Shown: piece by piece, positions 1 through 8,981 of the stretch
Numbering within the stretch: position 1 is the stretch's first letter
Layout: each line of letters begins with the position of its first letter
Source: an uncultured delta proteobacterium
GTDB lineage: Bacteria > Myxococcota_A > Polyangia > Polyangiales > Polyangiaceae
Reading direction: 5' to 3'
Length of the DNA stretch: 64,000 nt
NCBI GenBank assembly: GCA_903892415.1
Contig: CAITIQ010000542.1
Span: forward strand, 3,050 to 67,049
Position numbers and translations under genes: made by a program
Notes under the pieces: model-generated
What the model was told of the DNA's origin: nothing
Database searches by the model: none
Seen by the model: only the letters and a program-made list of their open reading frames with translations

Positions 1-2
1 CG

Positions 3-2549
3 ATCGCCGCTTATCGCGATGCGGTCAGCGCCGATCCAAAGAGCGTGCATCTCAAGAAGGCGCTGGCCATCGCGCTCGAACGTACGGCGCCGGGCAGTGC
101 TGCGCCGCGTGAGCGCTTCGCCGAGGCTGTAGCACTTTGGGAGGAGCTGCTGGTGGCGGCTGGTACGGATCTGAACCTGGCGCGTGAAGCACGCACGCAC
201 ATCGTCAGCGTATGGTCGGTGCAGAAGGAGCTGCCGGCGCGGGTAGCTCCGCTCGCTGCGCGCTTCGGCTCAGACCCTCCGGATCTCGAGGCGGGCCGGC
301 TGCTGGCTGAGGTGCAACGCAAGCTCGGTAAGCTGACCGAGGCCGAGGCCACGCTCTCGGTGGTCGCGGAGAAGGACCCGGGCGATGAGTCCTCCTTGTT
401 GGCGCTCGAGCGAGTGCGCGTGCAGCAGCACGATCTCGAGGGCGCTATCGCTGTGTTGCAGAAGCTGGCCGATCGCAACGACAAGTCGGCGCGCCAGTAT
501 TACCAGCGGATGGCGCAATACGCCGTAGATAGCTTCCGTGATGACGACGCGATTCGTTATGCGGCCAAGGCCGTGGAGCTCGCCCCGGAGGACGCGCACG
601 GGCATCAAAAGCTCGGCGATATGTACAAGAAGCGCCAAGACACCGAGAAGGCCATGGCCGAGTATCGGGCGGCGATCGCGCGCAATGACCGGCTGTTCCC
701 GGTGTACTTCACCCTGGCCGAATTGCTATTAGCGTCGGGTGATAGCGCCGAGGCGGATAAGCTGTTTCGCCGGGTCGCGCGCTCGAGTCCAGATGAAGAG
801 CTGCTCTCGCGAGCGGCGCGCATGTCGATTCAGATCAACCTCGGCAAAGGCACGCTCGAGTCGCTCGAGCGCGAGCTCCTGCCGGTGGCCGTCGGCAATC
901 CGCAGCGGCCGATCTATCGCCGGCTGTTGATCGAGATCTACGGCGCTTTGACCTTGCCGATGGTGCAGAAGGTCAAGTTCGGTAAATCGGCCGAGGAGAT
1001 CGCCGGGGCGCGTAAAGAGCTGGCGTTGGTCGGTAGCCGCGCGTTGAAGCCGCTGCTGGACGCGCTCGCTGACGATCGCGAATCGCAACAGCGGATCGCG
1101 ATCGAGATCTTGGCGTACGTCCAAAACAAGAGCGCCGCTGCGACGCTTTTCAACTTCGCTACCGGTCAATCGGAGAAGGCGTTGCGCACGCGCGCGATGG
1201 TGGCGGTAGGCGCGCTGCGCGAGCCGGAGATGTTGCCCAAGTTGAGCGCGTTGCTCGCTCCGAGTGACGCGGGGAGTTCGCTGCTGCCGTCGGATGAATT
1301 GGCGTTGGCTGCGGCCTGGTCGGTGGCGCGGATGGGCGGAACCAAGGCCGAGGAGCTGCTGGTCAAGTTGCTGGACTCCGGCTCGCCCGAGGTGCGCGGG
1401 ATGGCTGCGCTCGGTTTGGGCCTTTCGAAGAACAAGAAGCACGTCGCGCGGCTGCTCAAGCTCGCGCGTGAGATCGAGAGCGGACCTTCGGCTCGTGCAG
1501 CGGCGTTCCTCGCTTTGGGTCACTTGGTCGAGACCAGCGGCGCGCCGGTGAGCAAGGAGCTGCGCGACGCGGTGGGCGGTGCGCTGGGCAGCACGGATAT
1601 ACAGCTGCGACGAGCGGCGCTGGTGGCGGCGGCTCGGCTTGCGCGCGCCGACGGAGCTGAGGGCAAGGACTTCGAGCAGACGGTCACGCGCGCGCTGGCC
1701 GAGGCGATGTTCGACTCGGATGCCATGCTGGCGGAAGAGGCCATTCGCGCGGCCGCGACGATGTTGGATAAGGGCCTTGGGCAAGCAGCAGAGCCGCTGA
1801 TGACGCCGGATGGCAAGCTCGAGCTCAAAGCCGCGTTCGCTGGGTTCTTGCCTGCCGATCCTCGGCCCGAGTTGCGCATCTCGGTGTTGGTTGCGCTTGC
1901 ACCCACGCTGCGCGAGGTGGCCAAATCGGCGGTGGCGCTCTCTCCCGAGCGGGCCAGCGCCGTCGCCGACGCGCTCACGAGCGGTGAGGTGTTCAAGAGC
2001 TTCAGCAAGGCGGTGGAGCTCGCAGAAGGGTCGAAGGAGCGCGCCAAAACTGCCACCGATTCGATCCGCGCCGAGGTCATTCCGGGCTTCGTTTTACTGC
2101 TCAATCACCCCAACGCGCAGGTGCAGGCGCAAGCCGCTCGCGTGCTCTCTTCGTCGACCAGCGACGAGGCCGCTCGCGGTTTGGCCCGGACGCTCAGCGA
2201 AGGGGACGATGAACAAAAGCGCGCCGCGCTTTCGGCCATCAACGTCATCAGCAGCAAGGAGCTTTGCGACGCCGTGATCGCGCTGGCCAACTCAGCCCCG
2301 AGTTGGTCGATCCGCTCGCGTGCGGCCGCCGCGCTCGCCTCGGTGCGTGGTGACGCGCTGGTCGCGCAAACGGTGGCCGCGCTCGAGAAGCTCGCAGCCG
2401 GTGATAGCTATGCGTTGGTGCGCGAGACGGCGTTGCAAGCGCTGCACGGTGTTGCAGGGAAGGACGCCGCTACCTTCATTCGTACCCGCGCTACCGAAGA
2501 CTCCGAGGAGCAGGTACGCAAGGCCGCTCAGACGCTGATTGCTCCATGA
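3..2549 (+). CDS. TPR/HEAT-repeat protein, 5' end outside the window
   Basis: The frame is open from nt 3 (..IAAYRDAVSADPKS.. upstream of the GTG listed at 45), so the gene is cut by the window edge. TPR-like helices (AMAEYRAAIARNDRLFPVYFTLAELLLASGD) are followed by HEAT/PBS-lyase-like repeats (SPEVRGMAALGLGLS, IQLRRAALVAAARL, NAQVQAQAARVLSS, SIRSRAAAALASV). The stop overlaps the tsaD start (ATGA 2546-2549). Confidence 0.7.
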   Translation: MAAYRDAVSADPKSVHLKKALAIALERTAPGSAAPRERFAEAVALWEELLVAAGTDLNLAREARTHIVSVWSVQKELPARVAPLAARFGSDPPDLEAGRLLAEVQRKLGKLTEAEATLSVVAEKDPGDESSLLALERVRVQQHDLEGAIAVLQKLADRNDKSARQYYQRMAQYAVDSFRDDDAIRYAAKAVELAPEDAHGHQKLGDMYKKRQDTEKAMAEYRAAIARNDRLFPVYFTLAELLLASGDSAEADKLFRRVARSSPDEELLSRAARMSIQINLGKGTLESLERELLPVAVGNPQRPIYRRLLIEIYGALTLPMVQKVKFGKSAEEIAGARKELALVGSRALKPLLDALADDRESQQRIAIEILAYVQNKSAAATLFNFATGQSEKALRTRAMVAVGALREPEMLPKLSALLAPSDAGSSLLPSDELALAAAWSVARMGGTKAEELLVKLLDSGSPEVRGMAALGLGLSKNKKHVARLLKLAREIESGPSARAAAFLALGHLVETSGAPVSKELRDAVGGALGSTDIQLRRAALVAAARLARADGAEGKDFEQTVTRALAEAMFDSDAMLAEEAIRAAATMLDKGLGQAAEPLMTPDGKLELKAAFAGFLPADPRPELRISVLVALAPTLREVAKSAVALSPERASAVADALTSGEVFKSFSKAVELAEGSKERAKTATDSIRAEVIPGFVLLLNHPNAQVQAQAARVLSSSTSDEAARGLARTLSEGDDEQKRAALSAINVISSKELCDAVIALANSAPSWSIRSRAAAALASVRGDALVAQTVAALEKLAAGDSYALVRETALQALHGVAGKDAATFIRTRATEDSEEQVRKAAQTLIAP

Positions 2550-3646
2550 AACGAATCATTCTTGGGATCGAGACTTCGTGTGACGAGACCGCTGCCGCGG
2601 TGGTGGCCGAGGACGGCACGGTGCTGTCCGACGTGGTGAAGAGCCAGGTCGAGTCGTTCATTCCGTACGGCGGTGTGGTGCCGGAGATCGCCGCTCGCGA
2701 TCATGCGCGTCACCTGCCCGAGGTGGTGCGCGAGGCCGTGCGCGTCGCCGGAGTCAAGTTGCAGGACGTGGACGCGATCGCCGCGACCAATCGGCCGGGG
2801 CTGATGGGCGCGCTGCTGGTCGGCTTGATGACGGCCAAAGGTCTGGCGTGGTCGCTCGATAAGCCGTTCATCGGGGTCGATCACTTGGTGGGGCATCTGT
2901 TGGCGGTCTTTCTGCAACGGCCCGGCCTCAGCGCAGAGCGACCGAGCTTTCCTTTCGCAGCGTTGTTGGTCTCGGGCGGCCACACGGCGATCTATCGCGT
3001 GGACGGTCCGACTCTCAGCGCGGTGCGTGAGCTCGGGGCCACGCGTGATGACGCCGCAGGCGAGGCGTTCGACAAGGTGGCCAAGCTGTTGGGGCTTGGT
3101 TACCCCGGTGGGCCGGTGGTGGATCGCTTGGCGCGGCTCGGAGATGCGTCGCGCGCTGGCTTCACCTTTCAACCAGCGTTGCGCGGTCCCAACAGCTACG
3201 AGATGTCCTTCAGCGGGCTGAAGAGCGCCGTGGCTCGCTACGTCGAGCTGCACGGCTGTGAGACCGAGCAAGCGCGTTGTGATATCGCCGCCGCGTTCCA
3301 AGGGCACGTGGTGAAGATCTTGGTCGAGAAGACGTTGAGCGCGGCGAGCGCTGAGGGCCTCTCGAGCGTGGTGGTGGGCGGCGGCGTCGCCGCCAACTCG
3401 GCGCTCGCGGCGCGCTTTCGCGAACGAGCGAAGGCGTTCGGCATTTCGGTGTTCATTCCTCCGCTGGCGAGCTGCACCGACAACGCGGCGATGATCGCTT
3501 ATGCCGGAGCCGTGAAGTTCGCGGCCGGAGACCTCGATACCTTGGAACTGGCGCCCAACACGCGTACCTCCCTGTTGACGGTGACGCGCAAGGGCGGCGG
3601 TCCACGCGCACCAAAACCCGGCCAACGAAAGGCCCTCTCCTCGTGA
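2546..3646 (+). CDS. tsaD: tRNA N6-adenosine threonylcarbamoyltransferase TsaD (Kae1/Gcp family)
   Basis: MKRIILGIETSCDETAAAVV N-terminus, DHLVGHLL His pair, LVSGGHT, LGLGYPGGPVVD, SFSGLKSAV. 4-nt overlaps with both neighbours. Confidence 0.95.
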   Translation: MKRIILGIETSCDETAAAVVAEDGTVLSDVVKSQVESFIPYGGVVPEIAARDHARHLPEVVREAVRVAGVKLQDVDAIAATNRPGLMGALLVGLMTAKGLAWSLDKPFIGVDHLVGHLLAVFLQRPGLSAERPSFPFAALLVSGGHTAIYRVDGPTLSAVRELGATRDDAAGEAFDKVAKLLGLGYPGGPVVDRLARLGDASRAGFTFQPALRGPNSYEMSFSGLKSAVARYVELHGCETEQARCDIAAAFQGHVVKILVEKTLSAASAEGLSSVVVGGGVAANSALAARFRERAKAFGISVFIPPLASCTDNAAMIAYAGAVKFAAGDLDTLELAPNTRTSLLTVTRKGGGPRAPKPGQRKALSS

Positions 3647-5604
3647 AGCTTCGATTCCTTCTTGCCTCGATCGTCCTCGGCCTCGGCTGTCAGCCGGCCC
3701 CCGCTGGTTCGCGTGCCCCCGACGCTGAGCAAGCCGCACCAGAGAAGCAGCTAGCGCTCGCGGTCTCCGCGGAGGATCCGGCGCGCGGTCCGGCTGTAGC
3801 GCCGGTGACGGTGGTCGTGTTTGGTGACTACGCCTGCATGCATTGTCGGCGCGCCAACGGCTTTTTGCGCACGCTGCTGGACGAGAACAAAGACGGCGGC
3901 TTTCGCGTGGTGTGGAAGCACTTGCCGATGAACGACGAGGACGCTGTGTCGGCGGCGGTGCTCGCGCACGGCGTGCGTGAATTGGGAGGTGATACCGCCT
4001 TCTGGACTTTCCACGACAGCGTCTACGCCGATGAACTGATCGGTCAGTCGATGCACGCCCGCGTCGTTTTGGGCCTGCAAAAGGCGCGTACTCTGCTCGA
4101 CGCCGACACCCGCGCGATCGCCGAGGCCTCGCAAGAGTTCGGGGTGGACCGTGTGCGCTCGAGCGTGCAGATGGGCTCCGCGCTCGGCATCCACGCCTTG
4201 CCCACGCTGTTCATCAATGGACGTCGCATGGTCGGAGCGAAGGACCTGGAGACGATCCGCGCGGCGATCGCCGAGGAGCGCGCCGCTGTAGCGCCGCTCT
4301 TGGCCAACGGCATGTCGATCCCGGAGGCCAACGTTGCGCGTATGCGCGTCGCCGCCGAGAACGACGCGCTGCTGTGGGGCAGCCCCGATGCGGCTTCGGA
4401 CGGCGACGCTGAAGGAGCAGCGGAGGAGGAGCTACCGCGGGCCTCCGAGTCGGTTTTCAAAGTACCGATCGATGGCTCGCCCACGCTCGGGCCGAGCGAC
4501 GCGCCGGTGACGATCGTGGCGTTCTCAGACTTTCAGTGCCCGCACTGTCGCGACGTGCAGCCGACAATGGTGGCCTTGCAGCAGGCCTACCCTGGGAAGC
4601 TGCGCTTCGTGTTCAAGCACAACCCGCTGCCGTCCCATGATGACGGCTTGAAGGCGAGTTTGTTCGCCGCCTTCGTGCAGCGAAAGCTCGGTGAAAAGGC
4701 TTTCTTTCAGGCGCATGATGAGCTCTTCGCGCGGGAGCTCAGCGAGCAGACCTTCTTCGACATTGCGCGCAAACTCGGTCTGGATCCGAACGAGGCTGTC
4801 AGCGCTGTGGCGGAGCGCCGCGAGCTAGCCACGGTCGAGGCGGATCTGCTCGCTGCGGATGAGGTGGGAGCTCGCTCGACGCCGACCTTCTTCATCAACG
4901 GTCGTGCGCTCGTTGGCGCCGTCCCCGAAGCGGCGTTTCGCGCGGCGATCGATGAAGAGCTCAAGCACGCCGAACAGCTGCGAGCCACCGGCGTCGCAGC
5001 TTCGGAGCTTTACGCCAACATCATCCGCGAGGGCTTCGTCGCGCCGCTACCCGCTCGCGTGAAAGCGCCCAGCATCGGCAAGGCGGCAGCTGCGCGCGGG
5101 CCGACGGACGCGCCGCTCGTGGTGCACATCTTCGCCGACTTCGAGTGCCACTACTGCCGCGTGCACGCCAAGACGATGACGCGCTTGGAGCAGGAGTTCA
5201 AAGGCAAGCTGCAGGTCGTGTTCCACCCCCATCCGCTGCGTGGGGCACGCGCGCGACGCGCCTCGCTCGCAGGGCTCGAGGCGCTCAAACAAAAGGGCCA
5301 AAGCGGCTTTTGGAAGTTCTCCGACAAGCTCTTCAGCTTGGAGGGCGCGCTCACCGATGACGTGATTTCGAAGGCCTTCACCGACGCCGGGCTCGACGCG
5401 TCGAAGCTCCCAGCCGCCTTCGAGAATGAGTCGTATTCGGCGCAGCTCGACGAGGAGATCGCCCTCGCCGAGGGCCTCGGGCTCACCGGCACGCCGATGA
5501 GCTTGGTGAATGGCTATCGCGTCTCCGGCGCTGTCCCTTACGTGCGCTTGCGCAAGCTGGCGAACCTGGCGCTCGCCGAGTCGGGCAAGCAGGCAAGCCC
5601 GTAA
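3643..5604 (+). CDS. Lipoprotein with three tandem DsbA/thioredoxin-like domains
   Basis: Lipobox LASIVLGLGC. Three ~190-aa thioredoxin-fold modules each have their own CxxC (CMHC 3834-3845, CPHC 4537-4548, CHYC 5146-5157) and a (F)INGR / VNGY motif near the module end. GTGA overlap with the tsaD stop. Confidence 0.8.
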   Translation: MKLRFLLASIVLGLGCQPAPAGSRAPDAEQAAPEKQLALAVSAEDPARGPAVAPVTVVVFGDYACMHCRRANGFLRTLLDENKDGGFRVVWKHLPMNDEDAVSAAVLAHGVRELGGDTAFWTFHDSVYADELIGQSMHARVVLGLQKARTLLDADTRAIAEASQEFGVDRVRSSVQMGSALGIHALPTLFINGRRMVGAKDLETIRAAIAEERAAVAPLLANGMSIPEANVARMRVAAENDALLWGSPDAASDGDAEGAAEEELPRASESVFKVPIDGSPTLGPSDAPVTIVAFSDFQCPHCRDVQPTMVALQQAYPGKLRFVFKHNPLPSHDDGLKASLFAAFVQRKLGEKAFFQAHDELFARELSEQTFFDIARKLGLDPNEAVSAVAERRELATVEADLLAADEVGARSTPTFFINGRALVGAVPEAAFRAAIDEELKHAEQLRATGVAASELYANIIREGFVAPLPARVKAPSIGKAAAARGPTDAPLVVHIFADFECHYCRVHAKTMTRLEQEFKGKLQVVFHPHPLRGARARRASLAGLEALKQKGQSGFWKFSDKLFSLEGALTDDVISKAFTDAGLDASKLPAAFENESYSAQLDEEIALAEGLGLTGTPMSLVNGYRVSGAVPYVRLRKLANLALAESGKQASP

Positions 5605-5642
5605 GCCGGGCCGCCTGCGCCAGCCTATCGATCAGCCCAGCG

Positions 5643-7181
5643 TCAGCCCAGCCGTCCGTAGAGCTCGAGCGACCGTCGCACCTGTGCGGCCAGCTCGGGC
5701 GTCAGCTCTCCCGGTTGTACGCGGAAGCCCCAGTTCCCTGAGGCGATGCCGGGGCGGTTCATGCGCGTTTCACGGCCAAGCTCGAGCAGATCTTGCGCCG
5801 GAACGATCGCCGTATTGACGGGGCTGGCGAAGCAGGCGCGAACCAACGCACGAGCCGCTTCGCGGGCGTCGGCGGTCTTCGGCAGGCCGAGGTACTCGAG
5901 CGCAAAGGCGCGCTCACCTTGATAGCTGGCAACAGCGCTGGCCGAGGCGTTGTCGGGCGGGCCTTGAAAGAAGCCCACCGAGGTGTCGTTGTCGTGGGTG
6001 CCTGTGTAAACCACGCTGTGACGGCGATAGCGATGGGGGCGTGAAGGTTCTGCGCCGCGATCTGGGCTGAAGGAGAACTGCAGGATGTTCATGCCCGGCA
6101 AGTTGAAGTGATCCCGCATGGCCTTCACCCGCGGTGTGAGCACGCCGAGGTCTTCGGCGATCAGGGGCACCTCGCCGAGCTCGCGGAAGACGGTGGCAAA
6201 GAAGGCCTCGCCGGGGACGTCGTGGAAGACGCCATCTTTGGCCGTCTTGGCCTCGCGCGGGATAGCCCAGTAGCGCGTAAAGCCAATGAAGTGATCGAGC
6301 CGTACGCAATCCAAGCTCTTGAACATGAGCGCGAGGCGAGCGAGGAAAAAGCCGAAGCCGGTGCCCTCGAGGACCTCCCAGTTGTAGAGCGGATTGCCCC
6401 ATAGCTGGCCTTCATCACTGAAGGCATCCGGGGGCACGCCAGCGACGCTGCGCGGCTCGCCCGAAGGGCCAAGCAGGAAGAGCTCGGGATGCGCCCAGAC
6501 GTCGCACGAATCGTGCGCCACGTAGATCGGAGCGTCGCCCATCAGCCGCACGCCGCGCGACTTGGCGTAGGCCGCTAAAGCATTGAGGTCGCGAAAGAAG
6601 CGCCATTGCACGAACTTTTGGAAGGCGATCTCGCGTGCGGCCTCGTGTCGGAAGCGCTCCAGCGTCTGCCGGTCGCGCCGCCGATAAGGCTCGGGCCAGT
6701 CGAAGAAGGGCCCATCGTTGAAGTGCCGTTTGAGCGCGGCGTAGGTGGCGAAGTCATCGAGCCAATAGGCGTTGCCTGCGACGAAGGACTCGAAGTCGGC
6801 GCTGCGCGGTAGCGACTCGAACTGGGTGAAAGCCCGTCGCAGCGCTCGTTCACGCAGCTCTTTGGCCGCGCCGAAGTCGCAATTGCGCGTTGAGTCTTTG
6901 GCTTGCAGTTCCTCGGCGTCGGCTGGCAACAGCCCAGCCTCGACCAGGCTGTCGAGGCTGACCAACCAAGGATTACCCGCAAAAACGCTGGTCCCCGAGT
7001 AGGGTGAATCCCCAGCGCCGACCGGGCCCAGCGGCAATACCTGCCAAAATCGAATCCCGGCTGCTGCCAAGAAATCCACGAGATCCCGCGCATTTCGGCC
7101 TAGATCTCCCGAGCCGTAGGGCCCTGGGAGCGACGTGGGGTGGAGAAGGAGGCCCGCAGAACGGTCGGAGAACATCGACAT
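5643..7181 (-). CDS. malQ: 4-alpha-glucanotransferase (amylomaltase, GH77)
   Basis: SAGLLLHPTSLPGPYGSGDLG N-terminus, WQVLPLGP, GDAPIYVAHDSCDVWAHPELF, VVYTGTHDNDT. Confidence 0.93.
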   Translation of the reverse strand: MSMFSDRSAGLLLHPTSLPGPYGSGDLGRNARDLVDFLAAAGIRFWQVLPLGPVGAGDSPYSGTSVFAGNPWLVSLDSLVEAGLLPADAEELQAKDSTRNCDFGAAKELRERALRRAFTQFESLPRSADFESFVAGNAYWLDDFATYAALKRHFNDGPFFDWPEPYRRRDRQTLERFRHEAAREIAFQKFVQWRFFRDLNALAAYAKSRGVRLMGDAPIYVAHDSCDVWAHPELFLLGPSGEPRSVAGVPPDAFSDEGQLWGNPLYNWEVLEGTGFGFFLARLALMFKSLDCVRLDHFIGFTRYWAIPREAKTAKDGVFHDVPGEAFFATVFRELGEVPLIAEDLGVLTPRVKAMRDHFNLPGMNILQFSFSPDRGAEPSRPHRYRRHSVVYTGTHDNDTSVGFFQGPPDNASASAVASYQGERAFALEYLGLPKTADAREAARALVRACFASPVNTAIVPAQDLLELGRETRMNRPGIASGNWGFRVQPGELTPELAAQVRRSLELYGRLG

Positions 7182-7311
7182 ACTGCGAGGGGGGATAGAT
7201 CAACCAGTGCACCGCTGCACCAGCGGACTGCAGCGGCTCGAGTCATTGCGTTCAGCGCACCTCCTTCTTCGGAATCTTGGCTTGCCGGCGCAGGCCCGAT
7301 ACGCTCCCGCC

Positions 7312-8490
7312 ATGGCCTTCCTAGCTTCAACTTCACGCACCTCTTTCTCGCGCGGCTCCAACGCTGCCTTATTGCTTGGCGTCTTCGCCTTCTTTGGCTG
7401 CAACGACGTGAACGGTAGTGGCGCGCCCGAAGACAAGGATGGCGTGACCGAGGTGCCCACGCCCAACGGCAACAGTTCGGTTGGTACCGGGCTGGTTGGC
7501 GGCGGTGGAAGCAGCGGAACCGGAGGAGGCGTCAACGGCCAGGATTGTCTCGGCGACCCGGACTGCGACGATGACGACCTGTGCACGGTCGAGTTCTGCA
7601 ACCCCGACACCAACAAGTGCGTGCAGTTTGATGCGGCTGAAGACGACAACATTTGCACGATGGATTCGTGCGATCCCCGGACCGGGACCATTCAAAACAT
7701 CGCCACCCCAATCGTAGACAACCCCTGCACCTACGATTTTTGCGACCCGATAACCGGGCCGTCGAACTTGCCGTACTCCACCATATTTGCTGAGGACTTC
7801 ACCAGCAACGCCGCCGGCTGGGTGCTCGGGCCGCAGTGGTTCATCGGTTCGGCGGCTGCGAGCTCCGGCGGAAAGAACGGCGCGAATGATCCGGTCTCCG
7901 ATCACTCCGACGAAGGGGATGGCGTTGCGGGCACGGCGCAAGGCGCCCTCGTGGCACCGCAGGCAATCGTCAGCCCGCTAACGAGCCCCAGCATCAACGT
8001 CAGCTCGGTGCAACCCGAAGAGTTCGTAACGCTGGTCTTCTGGCGCTGGCTCGCTGGTGACGCGCCCGCTGATATGGGCGCCTCGATCACCGCGACCGTT
8101 GGGGCGAACAGCTATTCCATTTGGGACAACGCCGCCGGCGTCGTGAACGACGCACCTCCGCTCGGTACCGGTTGGTTTGAGGTCAGGCATGATCTCACGG
8201 CCGCAGCAGCGGACGCGCTTGCGACGGGCAACTCGCTGCGCTTGGTCTTCTCGTTTAGCAAGACCGCCACTCTGCCTTCGGTTGGTGGCTGGAACATCGA
8301 CGACCTCGAGGTTCGGCGCACGCTCACCCCCGCAGACAACGACATTTGCACGCGTGACGAATGCGAGCCTCTCAACGATGCGCCCGTGCCGGACTACGAC
8401 CCAATAGCGTCGATCGACGACGGGGACCCGGATACCGTCTTCGCCTGTGTGCCCGGCATCGGTCCCCAGCAGCAGCCGACGGCTCCCTGA
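7312..8490 (+). CDS. Secreted Cys/Asp-rich lipoprotein, unknown function
   Basis: The longest ORF starts at 7135, but a lipoprotein signal (MAFLASTS..LLLGVFAFFGC) begins at ATG 7312. A Gly-rich linker is followed by Cys/Asp motifs (DCLGDPDCDDDDLCTVEFCNPDTNKCV, CTMDSCDPRTG, CTYDFCDPITG, CTRDECEPLND). Confidence 0.7.
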   Translation: MAFLASTSRTSFSRGSNAALLLGVFAFFGCNDVNGSGAPEDKDGVTEVPTPNGNSSVGTGLVGGGGSSGTGGGVNGQDCLGDPDCDDDDLCTVEFCNPDTNKCVQFDAAEDDNICTMDSCDPRTGTIQNIATPIVDNPCTYDFCDPITGPSNLPYSTIFAEDFTSNAAGWVLGPQWFIGSAAASSGGKNGANDPVSDHSDEGDGVAGTAQGALVAPQAIVSPLTSPSINVSSVQPEEFVTLVFWRWLAGDAPADMGASITATVGANSYSIWDNAAGVVNDAPPLGTGWFEVRHDLTAAAADALATGNSLRLVFSFSKTATLPSVGGWNIDDLEVRRTLTPADNDICTRDECEPLNDAPVPDYDPIASIDDGDPDTVFACVPGIGPQQQPTAP

Positions 8491-8498
8491 GCGCTATC

Positions 8499-8981
8499 AT
8501 GCGGCGACTCATCGTACTTCGGCACGCGAAAAGCGATTGGGACGCCGGCGCGTCCAATGACCACGAGCGGCCTCTCAACAAGCGCGGGCTGCGTGAAGCG
8601 CCGTCCACGGCTGCCCAACTGCTCGCGCTAGGCTATCGGCCTGAGTACATCACCTCGAGCGACTCGACGCGCACGCGCGAGACGCTCGAGGCGATGCGGC
8701 CGTGCTTCGATTCGGTGCCGGTGCAGTTTGATCGGCGCTTCTACTTGACCGATCTCGACGCCGTACGCGAGCTCGCTGCCGAGCTCCCCGCCGACGTCAA
8801 AACCTGGATGATCGTTGGGCACAATCCGGGCTGGGAGGATCTCGTCAGCGTGCTCACCCAGACGCGGGTCGAGATGAAGACGGCCTACGCCGCGGTGCTC
8901 GAGGGCGAGGCCGAGCGCTTCGACCAACTCTTGGTTGGTCAGGAGCTAACGCTGGCCAAGCTCGTCGTTCCGGCGGGTTAA
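8499..8981 (+). CDS. SixA-like histidine phosphatase family protein
   Basis: MRRLIVLRHAKSDW (RHA/RHG phospho-His motif), ERPLNKRG, MIVGHNPG. I chose the internal ATG at 8499 because the upstream part of the ORF overlaps the preceding CDS and is Arg-rich. Confidence 0.8.
   Translation: MRRLIVLRHAKSDWDAGASNDHERPLNKRGLREAPSTAAQLLALGYRPEYITSSDSTRTRETLEAMRPCFDSVPVQFDRRFYLTDLDAVRELAAELPADVKTWMIVGHNPGWEDLVSVLTQTRVEMKTAYAAVLEGEAERFDQLLVGQELTLAKLVVPAG

Noticed and set aside
729-1784. Long antisense or alternative-frame ORFs throughout the window. Examples: 729-1784(-), 2528-3739(-), 12014-12568(+), 17704-19242(-), 30022-31110(-), 50749-51942(-), 53265-54959(-), 55082-56746(-).
   Set aside because: Each lies wholly inside a gene with clear family motifs on the other strand or frame. 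Their translations are Arg/Ala/Gly/Pro-rich with no motifs. This is the usual consequence of stop-codon scarcity in high-GC DNA.
7135-7311. N-terminal extensions of the longest ORFs: 7135-7311, 8361-8498, 14023-14295, 16431-16637, 19098-19208, 57325-57384, 57007-57561(-), 60108-60125.
   Set aside because: In each case a signal peptide, a family N-terminus or a strong Shine-Dalgarno marks an internal start. The extension overlaps the neighbouring gene or reads as Arg-rich junk.
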